Source: an uncultured Vampirovibrionales bacterium (GTDB lineage Bacteria; Cyanobacteriota; Vampirovibrionia; Vampirovibrionales; Vampirovibrionaceae). Taken from it: a DNA stretch of 27,916 bases. Below are positions 20,118 to 27,916 of the stretch, piece after piece. The position numbers were made by a program, and so were the translations under genes. Position 1 is the stretch's first letter; each line of letters opens with the position of its first letter. The stretch spans positions 1-27,916 of the forward strand of contig CAZZIY010000002.1 of assembly GCA_964654525.1 (NCBI GenBank). Direction: 5' to 3'. Under the pieces are notes generated by a model. That model did not search any database. It was given only the letters and a program-made list of their open reading frames with translations, and was not told where the DNA came from.

Positions 20118-20775
20118 GATCAGCGTACCTCTCGTTAATTTCATCAATGGCCTGTTGCGTGGTGATCACCCAGTCTGAATCCAGCAAATCCCGAACGCTC
20201 AGGTTATGCGGCAGGCTAATCTTGACCCCTTGAATATTGCGGGCAGACAACAACAAATTGGTGTTCTCTGGATTTTTGTAATCGGCCAAAATCAGCACCT
20301 TGGGAGGACGCTTGGCAGATTTTTGCTCTGGGGTGAACAGACTGTTTAAAAAGGCCGCAACCACCTTGGTTTTGGCTTCTTTCAAGAAGGTGAAACTTTC
20401 CACCACCCGTATTTTTTCCTTCACGCTGGACAGCGTGCAGCGTAAAGCCAAACGGCGAACACGCTTGGGCAGATTGAAACTATAATCCCGGGGTTTGGGG
20501 CCAAAAATGACACCACCGCCTACCCATAACGGGGAGCGAATACTACCGGCCCGGGCACGACCAGTACCTTTTTGCTTCCAAGGCTTGCGGCCACCCCCAC
20601 GCACTTCTGAGCGGGTTTTTGTGCAAGCACTGCCTTGTCGAGCATTGGCGAGTTCTCGTCGAACGGCCTGGTGCATCACGTGGATATTGGGAGCAATGTC
20701 AAACACGGTCTCAGAAACGGAGACGGTGCCGGCTTCTTTGCCGTCGGGTGTAACTTTTCTTAATTCAGTTGCCAT
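20110..20775 (-). CDS. rplD: 50S ribosomal protein L4
   Basis: TKTRSEVRGGGRKPWKQKGTGRARAGSIRSPLWVGGG..FGPKPRDY. Confidence 0.99.
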   Translation of the reverse strand: MATELRKVTPDGKEAGTVSVSETVFDIAPNIHVMHQAVRRELANARQGSACTKTRSEVRGGGRKPWKQKGTGRARAGSIRSPLWVGGGVIFGPKPRDYSFNLPKRVRRLALRCTLSSVKEKIRVVESFTFLKEAKTKVVAAFLNSLFTPEQKSAKRPPKVLILADYKNPENTNLLLSARNIQGVKISLPHNLSVRDLLDSDWVITTQQAIDEINERYADHG

Positions 20776-20849
20776 AGGACACGAAACTCAACCGTTCTGC
20801 TTAGTAACACTATCTGATAACGTATAACGAATAAATAAAACGGGAAATA

Positions 20850-21542
20850 CTAGAGCGCCCGTCTTTTGAGGCCTAATGAAGGACGAATCGTGATGAACGT
20901 TCCTTCAACCCCGGGCACGCTGCCGTGAATCAAGACAACCCGTTTTTCGGGAATGACTCGAACCACCTGCAACTGCTGTGTGGTCACCTGTTTGTGGCCC
21001 ATCCGACCAGCCATTCTCAAGCCCTTAAAGACTCGACTGGGCGTGGTCCCTGCCCCGATAGAGCCAGGAAGACGGTGGGACTTGGAACCGTGGCTCATGG
21101 GGCCGCGGTGGTGATTCCAACGCTTGGTGTTGCCTTGAAAGCCTTTCCCGATGGAAAGCCCGCTAACATCCACTTTGGAACCAGCGCTTAAAAAAGAACC
21201 GTCCACAAAGGGATCAATCGCTGAACCCAATGTGTATTGCGCAAGGTCGCTGTCGCTGACGCGAAATTCTTGCAGGCGGCGCACAAGACCGGTACTTTCT
21301 GCTGCCTGAGTTTTATCAAGCTGCGCTTTTTTGAGATGGCCAATCTCTGCCTTTGTCAGGTGCTTTTCTTTGGCATTTTGATAACCAACCTGAACCGCAG
21401 CATACCCATCGTTGGCAGGGGTCTTAAGCTGAGTAACAGTGAGAGGGCAGAGTTCAATGACAGTGACTGGCAATGCTTGACCATTGTCATCGAAGATCTG
21501 GGTCATGCCCACTTTTTGACCAATAAAACCTGGAAAAACCAC
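20850..21542 (-). CDS. rplC: 50S ribosomal protein L3
   Basis: GQKVGMTQIF, GKGFQG, GPMSHGS..HRLPGSIG, RVFKGLRMAGRMG; GTG start. Confidence 0.99.
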   Translation of the reverse strand: MVFPGFIGQKVGMTQIFDDNGQALPVTVIELCPLTVTQLKTPANDGYAAVQVGYQNAKEKHLTKAEIGHLKKAQLDKTQAAESTGLVRRLQEFRVSDSDLAQYTLGSAIDPFVDGSFLSAGSKVDVSGLSIGKGFQGNTKRWNHHRGPMSHGSKSHRLPGSIGAGTTPSRVFKGLRMAGRMGHKQVTTQQLQVVRVIPEKRVVLIHGSVPGVEGTFITIRPSLGLKRRAL

Positions 21543-21593
21543 GGTAAAAAAACCTTTCCACTGGAGACTTAAAAAAGAAGGATACCCAATGTA

Positions 21594-21941
21594 TTACAAG
21601 CGCACTTCGATATCAACCCCGGCGGGCAGATCCAAACGGCTGAGTTGATTGGCAAAGTCTTGACCTGGGTCGAGAATGTCAATCAGGCGCTTGTGTGTAC
21701 GGATTTCAAAGTGTTCACGAGACTTTTTATCCGCATGAGGAGAACGCAGGACACAGAAGACTTGGCGCTGCGTGGGAAGGGGAATAGGGCCAATCACTTT
21801 ACCTTGTGCATTTTTGGCAACATCGACAATTTTCTCTGCAGAAGCATCAATCAATCGATGATCAAAGGATTGCAAGCGAATCCGGACCCGGTTTTGCTTG
21901 GGGGCCTTCTTACGGGCACTTGCTTTTTTAGTGTTGGCCAT
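21594..21941 (-). CDS. rpsJ: 30S ribosomal protein S10
   Basis: [44 protein letters not shown]. Confidence 0.99.
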   Translation of the reverse strand: MANTKKASARKKAPKQNRVRIRLQSFDHRLIDASAEKIVDVAKNAQGKVIGPIPLPTQRQVFCVLRSPHADKKSREHFEIRTHKRLIDILDPGQDFANQLSRLDLPAGVDIEVRL

Positions 21942-21974
21942 ATTCCTTAACTTCCTACTTTCAGCGTCAAATTA

Positions 21975-23189
21975 CTAAGAGACGATAGAGTCAACAACAC
22001 CCGCACCAATCGTGCGGCCGCCTTCGCGAATAGCGAAACGCATACCGGCTTCAATGGCAACAGGGGTGATGAGTTCCACATCCATCACGATGTTATCACC
22101 AGGCATCACCATCTCCACACCAGCAGGCAGGTTGATGGTACCGGTCACATCAGTGGTACGAACATAGAATTGTGGACGGTAGTTACCAAAGAATGGGGTG
22201 TGACGACCACCTTCATCCTTGGTTAACACGTACACGTTGGCTTTAAATTTGGTGTGCGGCTTGATTGAACCAGGAGCTGCCAAGACTTGACCGCGTTGGA
22301 TCTCGTCTTTATCAACACCACGGAGCAAGGCGCCAATGTTATCACCGGCAATTGCTTCATCCAGCAATTTACGGAACATCTCAACACCAGTAACAACCGT
22401 TTTTTTGGTGTCGCCCATACCAACGATTTCAACTTCGTCACCCACTTTGACCCGACCCCGTTCCACACGACCGGTGGCAACAGTACCACGGCCGGTGATG
22501 GAGAAGACGTCTTCAATCGGCATCAAGAACGGTTGATCCACGGCGCGCTCTGGTGTGGGGATGCTGGCATCAACGGCGTCCATCAATTCCCAAATTTTGT
22601 CGACCCAAGGATCGCTACCGCGAGCAGCTTTGGGGTCAGCAATCATTTTTTCGAGCGCTTTTAAGGCAGAACCCCGAATGATGGAGATATTGTCTCCGTC
22701 AAATTCGTACTTGCTCAACAATTCGCGGGTTTCCATTTCAACCAGATCGAGCAACTCAGAATCATCGACCATATCGCATTTGTTGAGGAAGATGACCAAC
22801 TGAGGCACACCCACCTGACGGGCCAACAGAATGTGTTCGCGGGTCTGGGGCATAGGACCGTCTGTTGCTGCGATAACCAGAATACCGCCGTCCATTTGGG
22901 CAGCACCGGTAATCATGTTTTTCACGTAGTCAGCGTGGCCTGGGCAATCCACGTGGGCGTAGTGGCGGTTTTCGGTTTCGTATTCCACGTGAGCAGTCGC
23001 AATCGTAATACCACGGGCCTTTTCTTCAGGAGCTGAGTCAATCTGATCGAAGGCCTTAAATTCGGCTTTACCAGAAGCGGCCAAAACGGCTGTAATACTG
23101 GCAGTCAATGTGGTTTTACCATGGTCAACGTGACCAATGGTCCCAATATTGACGTGGGGTTTGTTGCGTTCAAACTTTTGACGGGCCAT
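21975..23189 (-). CDS. tuf: Elongation factor Tu
   Basis: [43 protein letters not shown]; AGGAG RBS. Confidence 0.99.
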   Translation of the reverse strand: MARQKFERNKPHVNIGTIGHVDHGKTTLTASITAVLAASGKAEFKAFDQIDSAPEEKARGITIATAHVEYETENRHYAHVDCPGHADYVKNMITGAAQMDGGILVIAATDGPMPQTREHILLARQVGVPQLVIFLNKCDMVDDSELLDLVEMETRELLSKYEFDGDNISIIRGSALKALEKMIADPKAARGSDPWVDKIWELMDAVDASIPTPERAVDQPFLMPIEDVFSITGRGTVATGRVERGRVKVGDEVEIVGMGDTKKTVVTGVEMFRKLLDEAIAGDNIGALLRGVDKDEIQRGQVLAAPGSIKPHTKFKANVYVLTKDEGGRHTPFFGNYRPQFYVRTTDVTGTINLPAGVEMVMPGDNIVMDVELITPVAIEAGMRFAIREGGRTIGAGVVDSIVS

Positions 23190-23421
23190 AAGAAGCGAAT
23201 CTCCTTTTTAACTAGCTAGATAAATGCAGGAATAAAAATTAATTGATAAAACAGGGAAAACCGAATTTCCAGCCGGGGGGTATGAGATAACGCCGAAGTT
23301 GCTTTAGACCAAAGAAACGACGGCAGAGAGAAAAGGGAGAAACCGAACTGGACACTCCATCCATGCAATCTGGACAGAAGAGTATTGCCCAAAAGGAAAA
23401 CACAAACAAGAGGGAAAAGAA

Positions 23422-23493
23422 AGCCCATGACGAGATTTGAACTCGTGACCTTCCCCTTACCAAGGGGATGCGCTACCCCTGCGCCACATGGGC
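23422..23493 (-). tRNA. tRNA-Thr(GGT)
   Basis: GCCCATG TG GCGC AGGGGTA GCGC A TCCCC TT-GGT-AA GGGGA AGGTC ACGAG TTCAAAT CTCGT CATGGGC T: complete cloverleaf; CCA not encoded. Confidence 0.97.
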
Positions 23494-23603
23494 AAAAAAT
23501 TCTGACGATAAAGGGGGTCCTGTTGTGTCTTCGGGGGAGACAGGGAGAAATGAGCTATCAAAGTAACATAAACGTTTTTTGCCTGTCTACTGTGCAAATC
23601 TGC

Positions 23604-23645
23604 AAAGAAAAAAGCGCCCGTTTTCTACTAATAGAAGACTGGCGC
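23604..23645 (-). terminator. Terminator-like hairpin directly after tRNA-Tyr
   Basis: GCGCC-A-GT-CTTCTA ttag TAGAAA-AC-G-GGCGC followed by TTTTTTCTTT on the minus strand (two mismatches). Confidence 0.5.
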
Positions 23646-23656
23646 CTAAAAAACTG

Positions 23657-23737
23657 TGGGCAGGGCTGGATTCGAACCAGCGTACCCGAAGGAACAGATT
23701 TACAGTCTGCCGCCTTTAACCACTCGGCCACCTACCC
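23657..23737 (-). tRNA. tRNA-Tyr(GTA)
   Basis: GGGTAGG...GCAGA CT-GTA-AA TCTGT, long variable arm, GCTGG TTCGAAT CCAGC CCTGCCC A. Confidence 0.97.
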
Positions 23738-23789
23738 AGTTTTTTAGGGCCCAGTTTTTTGGGACATGTTTGCGACGAAATAAAGACAA

Positions 23790-23861
23790 TGCCGGAGATG
23801 GGATTCGAACCCGCAACCTACGGTTTACAAAACCGTTGCTCTACCGTTGAGCTACACCGGC
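23790..23861 (-). tRNA. tRNA-Thr(TGT)
   Basis: GCCGGTG TA GCTC AACGGTA GAGC A ACGGT TT-TGT-AA ACCGT AGGTT GCGGG TTCGAAT CCCAT CTCCGGC A; two stem mismatches. Confidence 0.92.
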
Positions 23862-23915
23862 AGATGCAGAAACACACGATGCTGTATGTCGATGCCTTTG
23901 CATTGCTTAAACAGG

Positions 23916-23943
23916 ATTATCTCCGAGCAAACACACCCGTCAA
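23916..23943 (-). promoter_or_regulatory. Putative sigma70 promoter of the tRNA-tuf-S10 unit
   Basis: TTGACG-N16-GATAAT about 55 nt upstream of tRNA-Thr(TGT). Confidence 0.6.
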
Positions 23944-24008
23944 CTGATGAATCGAAATAAGGCGAAATTAAGCATAACAAGATTGCCTCTATGCGGCACC
24001 CGGTCTAA

Positions 24009-25034
24009 TCAAAAATGGGTTTTCCAGCAGGAAACAACTTCTCCAACCGTGTTTTCTTGTGTATTCTTCCGTAAACATGCATTCTGGTAATAAATTTCCA
24101 GTGCAGAGCCTAAAAACATTTCCTTGCTTAGCCATTCGACGGACAGTAAGAATTCGACGGCCACCACTGTTCTGGCCAGCTCAGATCCATCTGCAATTTT
24201 AATCATACAGCCCAGCTTTTTCTCTAGGTTGGTAATGCCAATCAAGCCATCAGCGCCTACTTTTGCCAGTAAAAACCCCCCAGAGGCTTGCATCAACAAG
24301 CTATCAATTCTGTCATTTCCGCCGACAATTTCAGGGTGTTTTGTCATAGCCTTGACCACAGGCTGAAATATATCCTGGGTCGCTAAAGTAGCAAACAATC
24401 TGGCACCTGTTTGCATGGGAAGATAAAAAACCGGAGCCCCGCAACCATCCATAGCTGTTTCTGCCGGCTGTGCGAGTCCGCCGGAGTGCTGAATCCCACG
24501 GGCTATTTCTTGTTGTAGGGGGTGGGTTTTTTCTAGGTATTTACTGGGGTCCCAGCCAGCTTGAGTACAGGTAAACAACATTGCGGCGTGTTTCCCGGAG
24601 CAATTATTGTGAATGGGTTGAGGTGAGATGCCTTGTTGAATAAACCGTGTCCGTGTTTGACTATCTAAGGGATAGTGAGGCCCACACTGGAGAGCAGCAG
24701 CACTCAAATCGGCCAGATCCAGAATACTCTGTGCCAATGCGCAATGTGCCTCTGTCCCGGTATGTGAGGCACATGCAACAGCCAGTTGCTCAGTGGTCAA
24801 CTGTTTCTCAAACCCCCGTTTCAGCATCGCCAGGGCTTGAAAGGGCTTGGCCGCAGAGCGTAAAAAAACGGATTGCTCTAAAGCTCCCGTGGTGTGTTGG
24901 TGAACATGGCCGTTTTCATCGCACACGATCACCCAGCCATGATGTTGGTTTTCAATCCGCTTGCCACGGGTCGCCACGGCTAAGGGTTCCGTTGATATTG
25001 GGGGCATTGTCTTTATCACCTGCTTTGGGAACAA
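24009..25034 (-). CDS. L-asparaginase II family (Rhizobium AnsA-type)
   Basis: RSAAKPFQA, ACASHTG, IHNNCSGKHAAML, DGCGAP, AKVGADG, KIADGS; alternative ATG at 25007. Confidence 0.92.
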   Translation of the reverse strand: MFPKQVIKTMPPISTEPLAVATRGKRIENQHHGWVIVCDENGHVHQHTTGALEQSVFLRSAAKPFQALAMLKRGFEKQLTTEQLAVACASHTGTEAHCALAQSILDLADLSAAALQCGPHYPLDSQTRTRFIQQGISPQPIHNNCSGKHAAMLFTCTQAGWDPSKYLEKTHPLQQEIARGIQHSGGLAQPAETAMDGCGAPVFYLPMQTGARLFATLATQDIFQPVVKAMTKHPEIVGGNDRIDSLLMQASGGFLLAKVGADGLIGITNLEKKLGCMIKIADGSELARTVVAVEFLLSVEWLSKEMFLGSALEIYYQNACLRKNTQENTVGEVVSCWKTHF

Positions 25035-25041
25035 AAAATGA

Positions 25042-25081
25042 AGTTAAACGACTTTAACTGGAGCGCTAATCATTCTATAAT
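25042..25081 (+). promoter_or_regulatory. Putative promoter (TTTAAC-N17-TATAAT) overlapped by perfect palindrome AGTTAAA-cgac-TTTAACT
   Basis: Palindrome 25042-25059; TATAAT 25076-25081; divergent asparaginase/TonB-like spacer. Confidence 0.5.
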
Positions 25082-25110
25082 AGGGATCTTGAGATAAGGA
25101 TAGCATTGAG

Positions 25111-26304
25111 TTGACTCCTAATGAGAACCGACCTGCGGGGGCTGGATTTCGTCCAGGGAGCATGGCTATGGCTGCCTCAGTTCCGATGGCCAGTGATGAT
25201 ACCCATACCTTAAGCTTTGAAGCAGCAATTATTTTAGCCGTGCTGACCCATCTCTTTGTGGTGGGTTTAGGGTTCTTGTTGTTCTGGATTCTACAGCTTC
25301 TGGGAATCAACATCCCCCTGTTTAATCCGCCTGTACCCAAACAAGACATTGAGTTTGTGCTGGTGGAAAATCCCAAAGCCCCGCCCAGAGACAGAAATAC
25401 GAAAAACCGTGCTGAGCATGCGACTCGCGCTGGGGGTGTTAAAACCAAGCAACCCCAGGCAGAGACAGTGCAAAAAGCGGGTAACCCTTCTCCCAAAAGA
25501 TCGGCAGCAGCCCCTCGGCAGCAGCCTCGGCCTCAAGTGAGACCGCAACCCAGGCCTCAACCTCAGCCAAAGGCACAACAGCCCATTCGAAGGCCCACCC
25601 CTGTCACTCCGCCAACCCCGCCGACGCCTAAGGTGAGTGCGGATCCACCACCAGCGCCAAAATTGCCCACCCCTAGGACGTCTGCTGTCAGCAAAGCGCC
25701 CACGTTGCCGCCCAATCCGATTGCCCCCCTCATCAAGGTACCCTCAGCTCCCTCTCCAAAATTGATCGCGACAGGTCCGATTGTCCATACACCGGGGGCT
25801 GGCTCTGGCAGTGCCTCTTCCGCCAGTGGAAGTGTTGGGCCGTCACAAATCCCAGGTAGCGTCTCAAGCGGCGGCGGTTTATCTGGGACCCGAGGAGGTT
25901 ATGGTTCCAGTGGTTCAGGTGGCCGAGGGTCATACAGTCAAACCGGCTCTGCGGGTGGCGGTGGTGGTCGTGCGGGGATTGACGCACTGCCCGATCCAGA
26001 TTACGGTGCCTATATGGCAGAACTTCAGCGTAGAATCAAGCGTCACTGGCAACCACCTCAAGCTCAAGAGAGTAAAAAAGTGGTCGTGATATTTCGGATT
26101 GACCGCAGTGGACGGCTATTGTCGCTTAATGTAAAAGGCACTTCTGGTTTTGTGGAAGCCGATCACGCCGCTCTTGAAGCGGTAAAGCTTTCAGCCCCTT
26201 TTCGACCCCTGCCTGTGGGTCATCCAGACAATGATCTGGCCGTTGAATTCACCTTTGACTACAATGTGTTCAGAGGCGGCAACGGGTCTCTGAATTATCG
26301 ATAA
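25111..26304 (+). CDS. TonB/TolA-like protein: N-terminal TM helix, Pro-rich and Gly/Ser-rich linker, TonB_C/TolA_C-type domain
   Basis: TM segment AIILAVLTHLFVVGLGFLLFWI, PQPR/PTPP linker, YMAELQRRIKRHWQPP...VVVIFRIDRSGRL...SG...DHAALEAVKLSAPFRPLP; start uncertain. Confidence 0.88.
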   Translation: MTPNENRPAGAGFRPGSMAMAASVPMASDDTHTLSFEAAIILAVLTHLFVVGLGFLLFWILQLLGINIPLFNPPVPKQDIEFVLVENPKAPPRDRNTKNRAEHATRAGGVKTKQPQAETVQKAGNPSPKRSAAAPRQQPRPQVRPQPRPQPQPKAQQPIRRPTPVTPPTPPTPKVSADPPPAPKLPTPRTSAVSKAPTLPPNPIAPLIKVPSAPSPKLIATGPIVHTPGAGSGSASSASGSVGPSQIPGSVSSGGGLSGTRGGYGSSGSGGRGSYSQTGSAGGGGGRAGIDALPDPDYGAYMAELQRRIKRHWQPPQAQESKKVVVIFRIDRSGRLLSLNVKGTSGFVEADHAALEAVKLSAPFRPLPVGHPDNDLAVEFTFDYNVFRGGNGSLNYR

Positions 26305-26306
26305 GC

Positions 26307-27914
26307 TTACAGGCTTAAATAGCGCGCGTCAAAGAGTCCATCGATTGCTGAAATTTTTGTGAGCAGTGCCTCTGGCAGGGTTGAATCTAAATTAAAGACC
26401 ATCATGGACTGCCCGCCTGGGATGTGGCTGCCTGCTTTTCTGGTGACTTGGAGAGCTTGGATATTTACGCCGGCTTCACCCAACAGGGTAGACACTTTGC
26501 CGACCATTCCGGGGCGGTCAAGGTGAGGAGTTAGCAGTAGATGGGCGCTGGGTTCTAGGGAAAGGGGGTAGCCGTTTAAATCTGTAATGCGCAGGTGACC
26601 TTCAGAAATCAGTGTGCCTGAGATGTTTACCCGCTGAGATCCTTCGGGTGTCTGTGTGGTCAAAACCACTTCCAGGGCATTCATGTAGTCGTGTACACTG
26701 GGTCGGTTGGATTCGGTAATCTCAATCCCCAGTCGATCAGCAATCAAACGGGCGTTCACAAAGTTAACCCCTTCGTGGCTAGCAGACAGAAGGCCTTTTA
26801 GCACAGCCAGTGTGAGCGGTGCTGGCTGGTGCGGGGAAATTGTTCCTTTAAGAATCACTTCGACGGATTGGGCGGGACCCTCCGTAATTTGCCGGCACAG
26901 TTTTCCCAGTATTTCTGCCAGAAGCAGATACGGACGAACGGGATCCAGAATTTCTTTGCGAAGACTGGGCATATTCACCGCGTTTTTAGCCACACCAGAC
27001 TCAAAAAAGGCCTTTAATTGATGGGCCACATCCAGTGCCACATTCACTTGCGCTTCTTCTGTACTGGCACCCAGGTGAGGGGTGAGTACCAGACGTTGGG
27101 TATCAGAAAGGTCTTTTAATAAGGTACTCTCTTCGGGTAGAGGTTCTTGTTCAAAAACATCCAGCGCAGCGCCAGCAACATGGCCGCTGTGAATTGCTTG
27201 CAGTAAGGCAGATTCATCAATAATACCGCCTCGGGCACAGTTAACAATCCGAACCCCAGCTTTGCACAGAGACAGAGTCTCTTGATTGATTAAATGGGTC
27301 GTTTCTGCATTTTTGGGCGCGTGGATCGTGATAAAATCAGCCCGCTTCCAGATTAGGTTTAGTGGGACAAGAGTCACACCAAGCGCTTCGGCTTGCTCAG
27401 GCTTTAAAAAGGGATCAAACACAAGGACTTCCATTCCCAGGGCAAGGCAGCTGTTGGCGACTCTGCTCCCAATTTTGCCTAAGCCAATGAGCCCCAGTGT
27501 TTTTCCAAAGAGTTCCACCCCGGTATACTGGCTGCGTTGCCATTTGCCGTGTTTTAAAGCGGTGTCTGCCTGAGGAATCCGTCTGGCCAGGCTCAGCATC
27601 ATGGCCAACGTATGCTCAGCGGCAGCGATGGTGTTGCCCTCAGGGGAATTTACCACAATCACCCCCGCTTCTGTGGCAGCTTGTAAGTCGACATTGTCCA
27701 CACCCACTCCGGCGCGACCGATAATTTTTAGTTTAGACCCCGGTGAACGCAGGTGTTCTTTCTCAATCCGTGTGGCACTACGAATCAAAACCCCGTCAAA
27801 TTCTGATAATCTGCCCTTGAGAATGTCAGAAGGCAGTGTGTCCTCGTAAATAATGGTAGCCACTTCCGCCAAAATTTCCCCTGCGGCGGGATGGATCTGA
27901 TCGGTGATCAGGAC
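26307..27914 (-). CDS. serA: D-3-phosphoglycerate dehydrogenase (long form with ASB and ACT domains), 5' end runs off window
   Basis: Frame open to window end (VLITDQIHP...), [44 protein letters not shown]-like DRPGMVGKV. Confidence 0.97.
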   Translation of the reverse strand, partial: VLITDQIHPAAGEILAEVATIIYEDTLPSDILKGRLSEFDGVLIRSATRIEKEHLRSPGSKLKIIGRAGVGVDNVDLQAATEAGVIVVNSPEGNTIAAAEHTLAMMLSLARRIPQADTALKHGKWQRSQYTGVELFGKTLGLIGLGKIGSRVANSCLALGMEVLVFDPFLKPEQAEALGVTLVPLNLIWKRADFITIHAPKNAETTHLINQETLSLCKAGVRIVNCARGGIIDESALLQAIHSGHVAGAALDVFEQEPLPEESTLLKDLSDTQRLVLTPHLGASTEEAQVNVALDVAHQLKAFFESGVAKNAVNMPSLRKEILDPVRPYLLLAEILGKLCRQITEGPAQSVEVILKGTISPHQPAPLTLAVLKGLLSASHEGVNFVNARLIADRLGIEITESNRPSVHDYMNALEVVLTTQTPEGSQRVNISGTLISEGHLRITDLNGYPLSLEPSAHLLLTPHLDRPGMVGKVSTLLGEAGVNIQALQVTRKAGSHIPGGQSMMVFNLDSTLPEALLTKISAIDGLFDARYLSL

Positions 27915-27916
27915 CT

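Noticed and set aside
23494-23656. Degenerate tRNA-Gly between tRNA-Tyr and tRNA-Thr(GGT)
   Set aside because: No T-loop (GTTCRA) or cloverleaf on either strand.
23422-23861. tRNA genes lack encoded CCA
   Set aside because: Common in cyanobacteria and many other bacteria; ordinary.
25490-25980. Pro-rich and Gly/Ser-rich repeats in the TonB-like protein
   Set aside because: Typical periplasm-spanning linker of TonB/TolA proteins.

Overview
Gene-dense core-genome region. From left to right: partial tdh, ychF, a DUF429-DUF58 pair, a minus-strand RqcP/YabO-eno-hpf-DUF4870 run, gdhA, minCDE, two orphan ORFs flanking a structured spacer, and a minus-strand tRNA-Thr/Tyr/Thr-tuf-S10-spc block that stops abruptly at rplR. 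These are followed by a type II asparaginase, a TonB/TolA-like protein and partial serA. Protein signatures (cyanobacterial-type MinE, EF-Tu insert, amino-acid catabolic enzymes, short Zn-type S14 inside spc, no HIP1 octamer noticed by eye) suggest a non-photosynthetic Cyanobacteriota lineage such as Vampirovibrionia/Melainabacteria; this is inference only. No mobile element, CRISPR array or rRNA was seen. Points most worth a second look: (1) pervasive 11-26 nt tandem micro-duplications in spacers and at stop codons; (2) the 11.2-13.2 kb module of a G/Q-rich low-complexity protein, a ~120-nt multi-stem element and a FliK/YscP-like protein; (3) the spc operon break at rplR with a 4-nt convergent overlap; (4) a tuf gene with tufB-type upstream and tufA-type downstream context.
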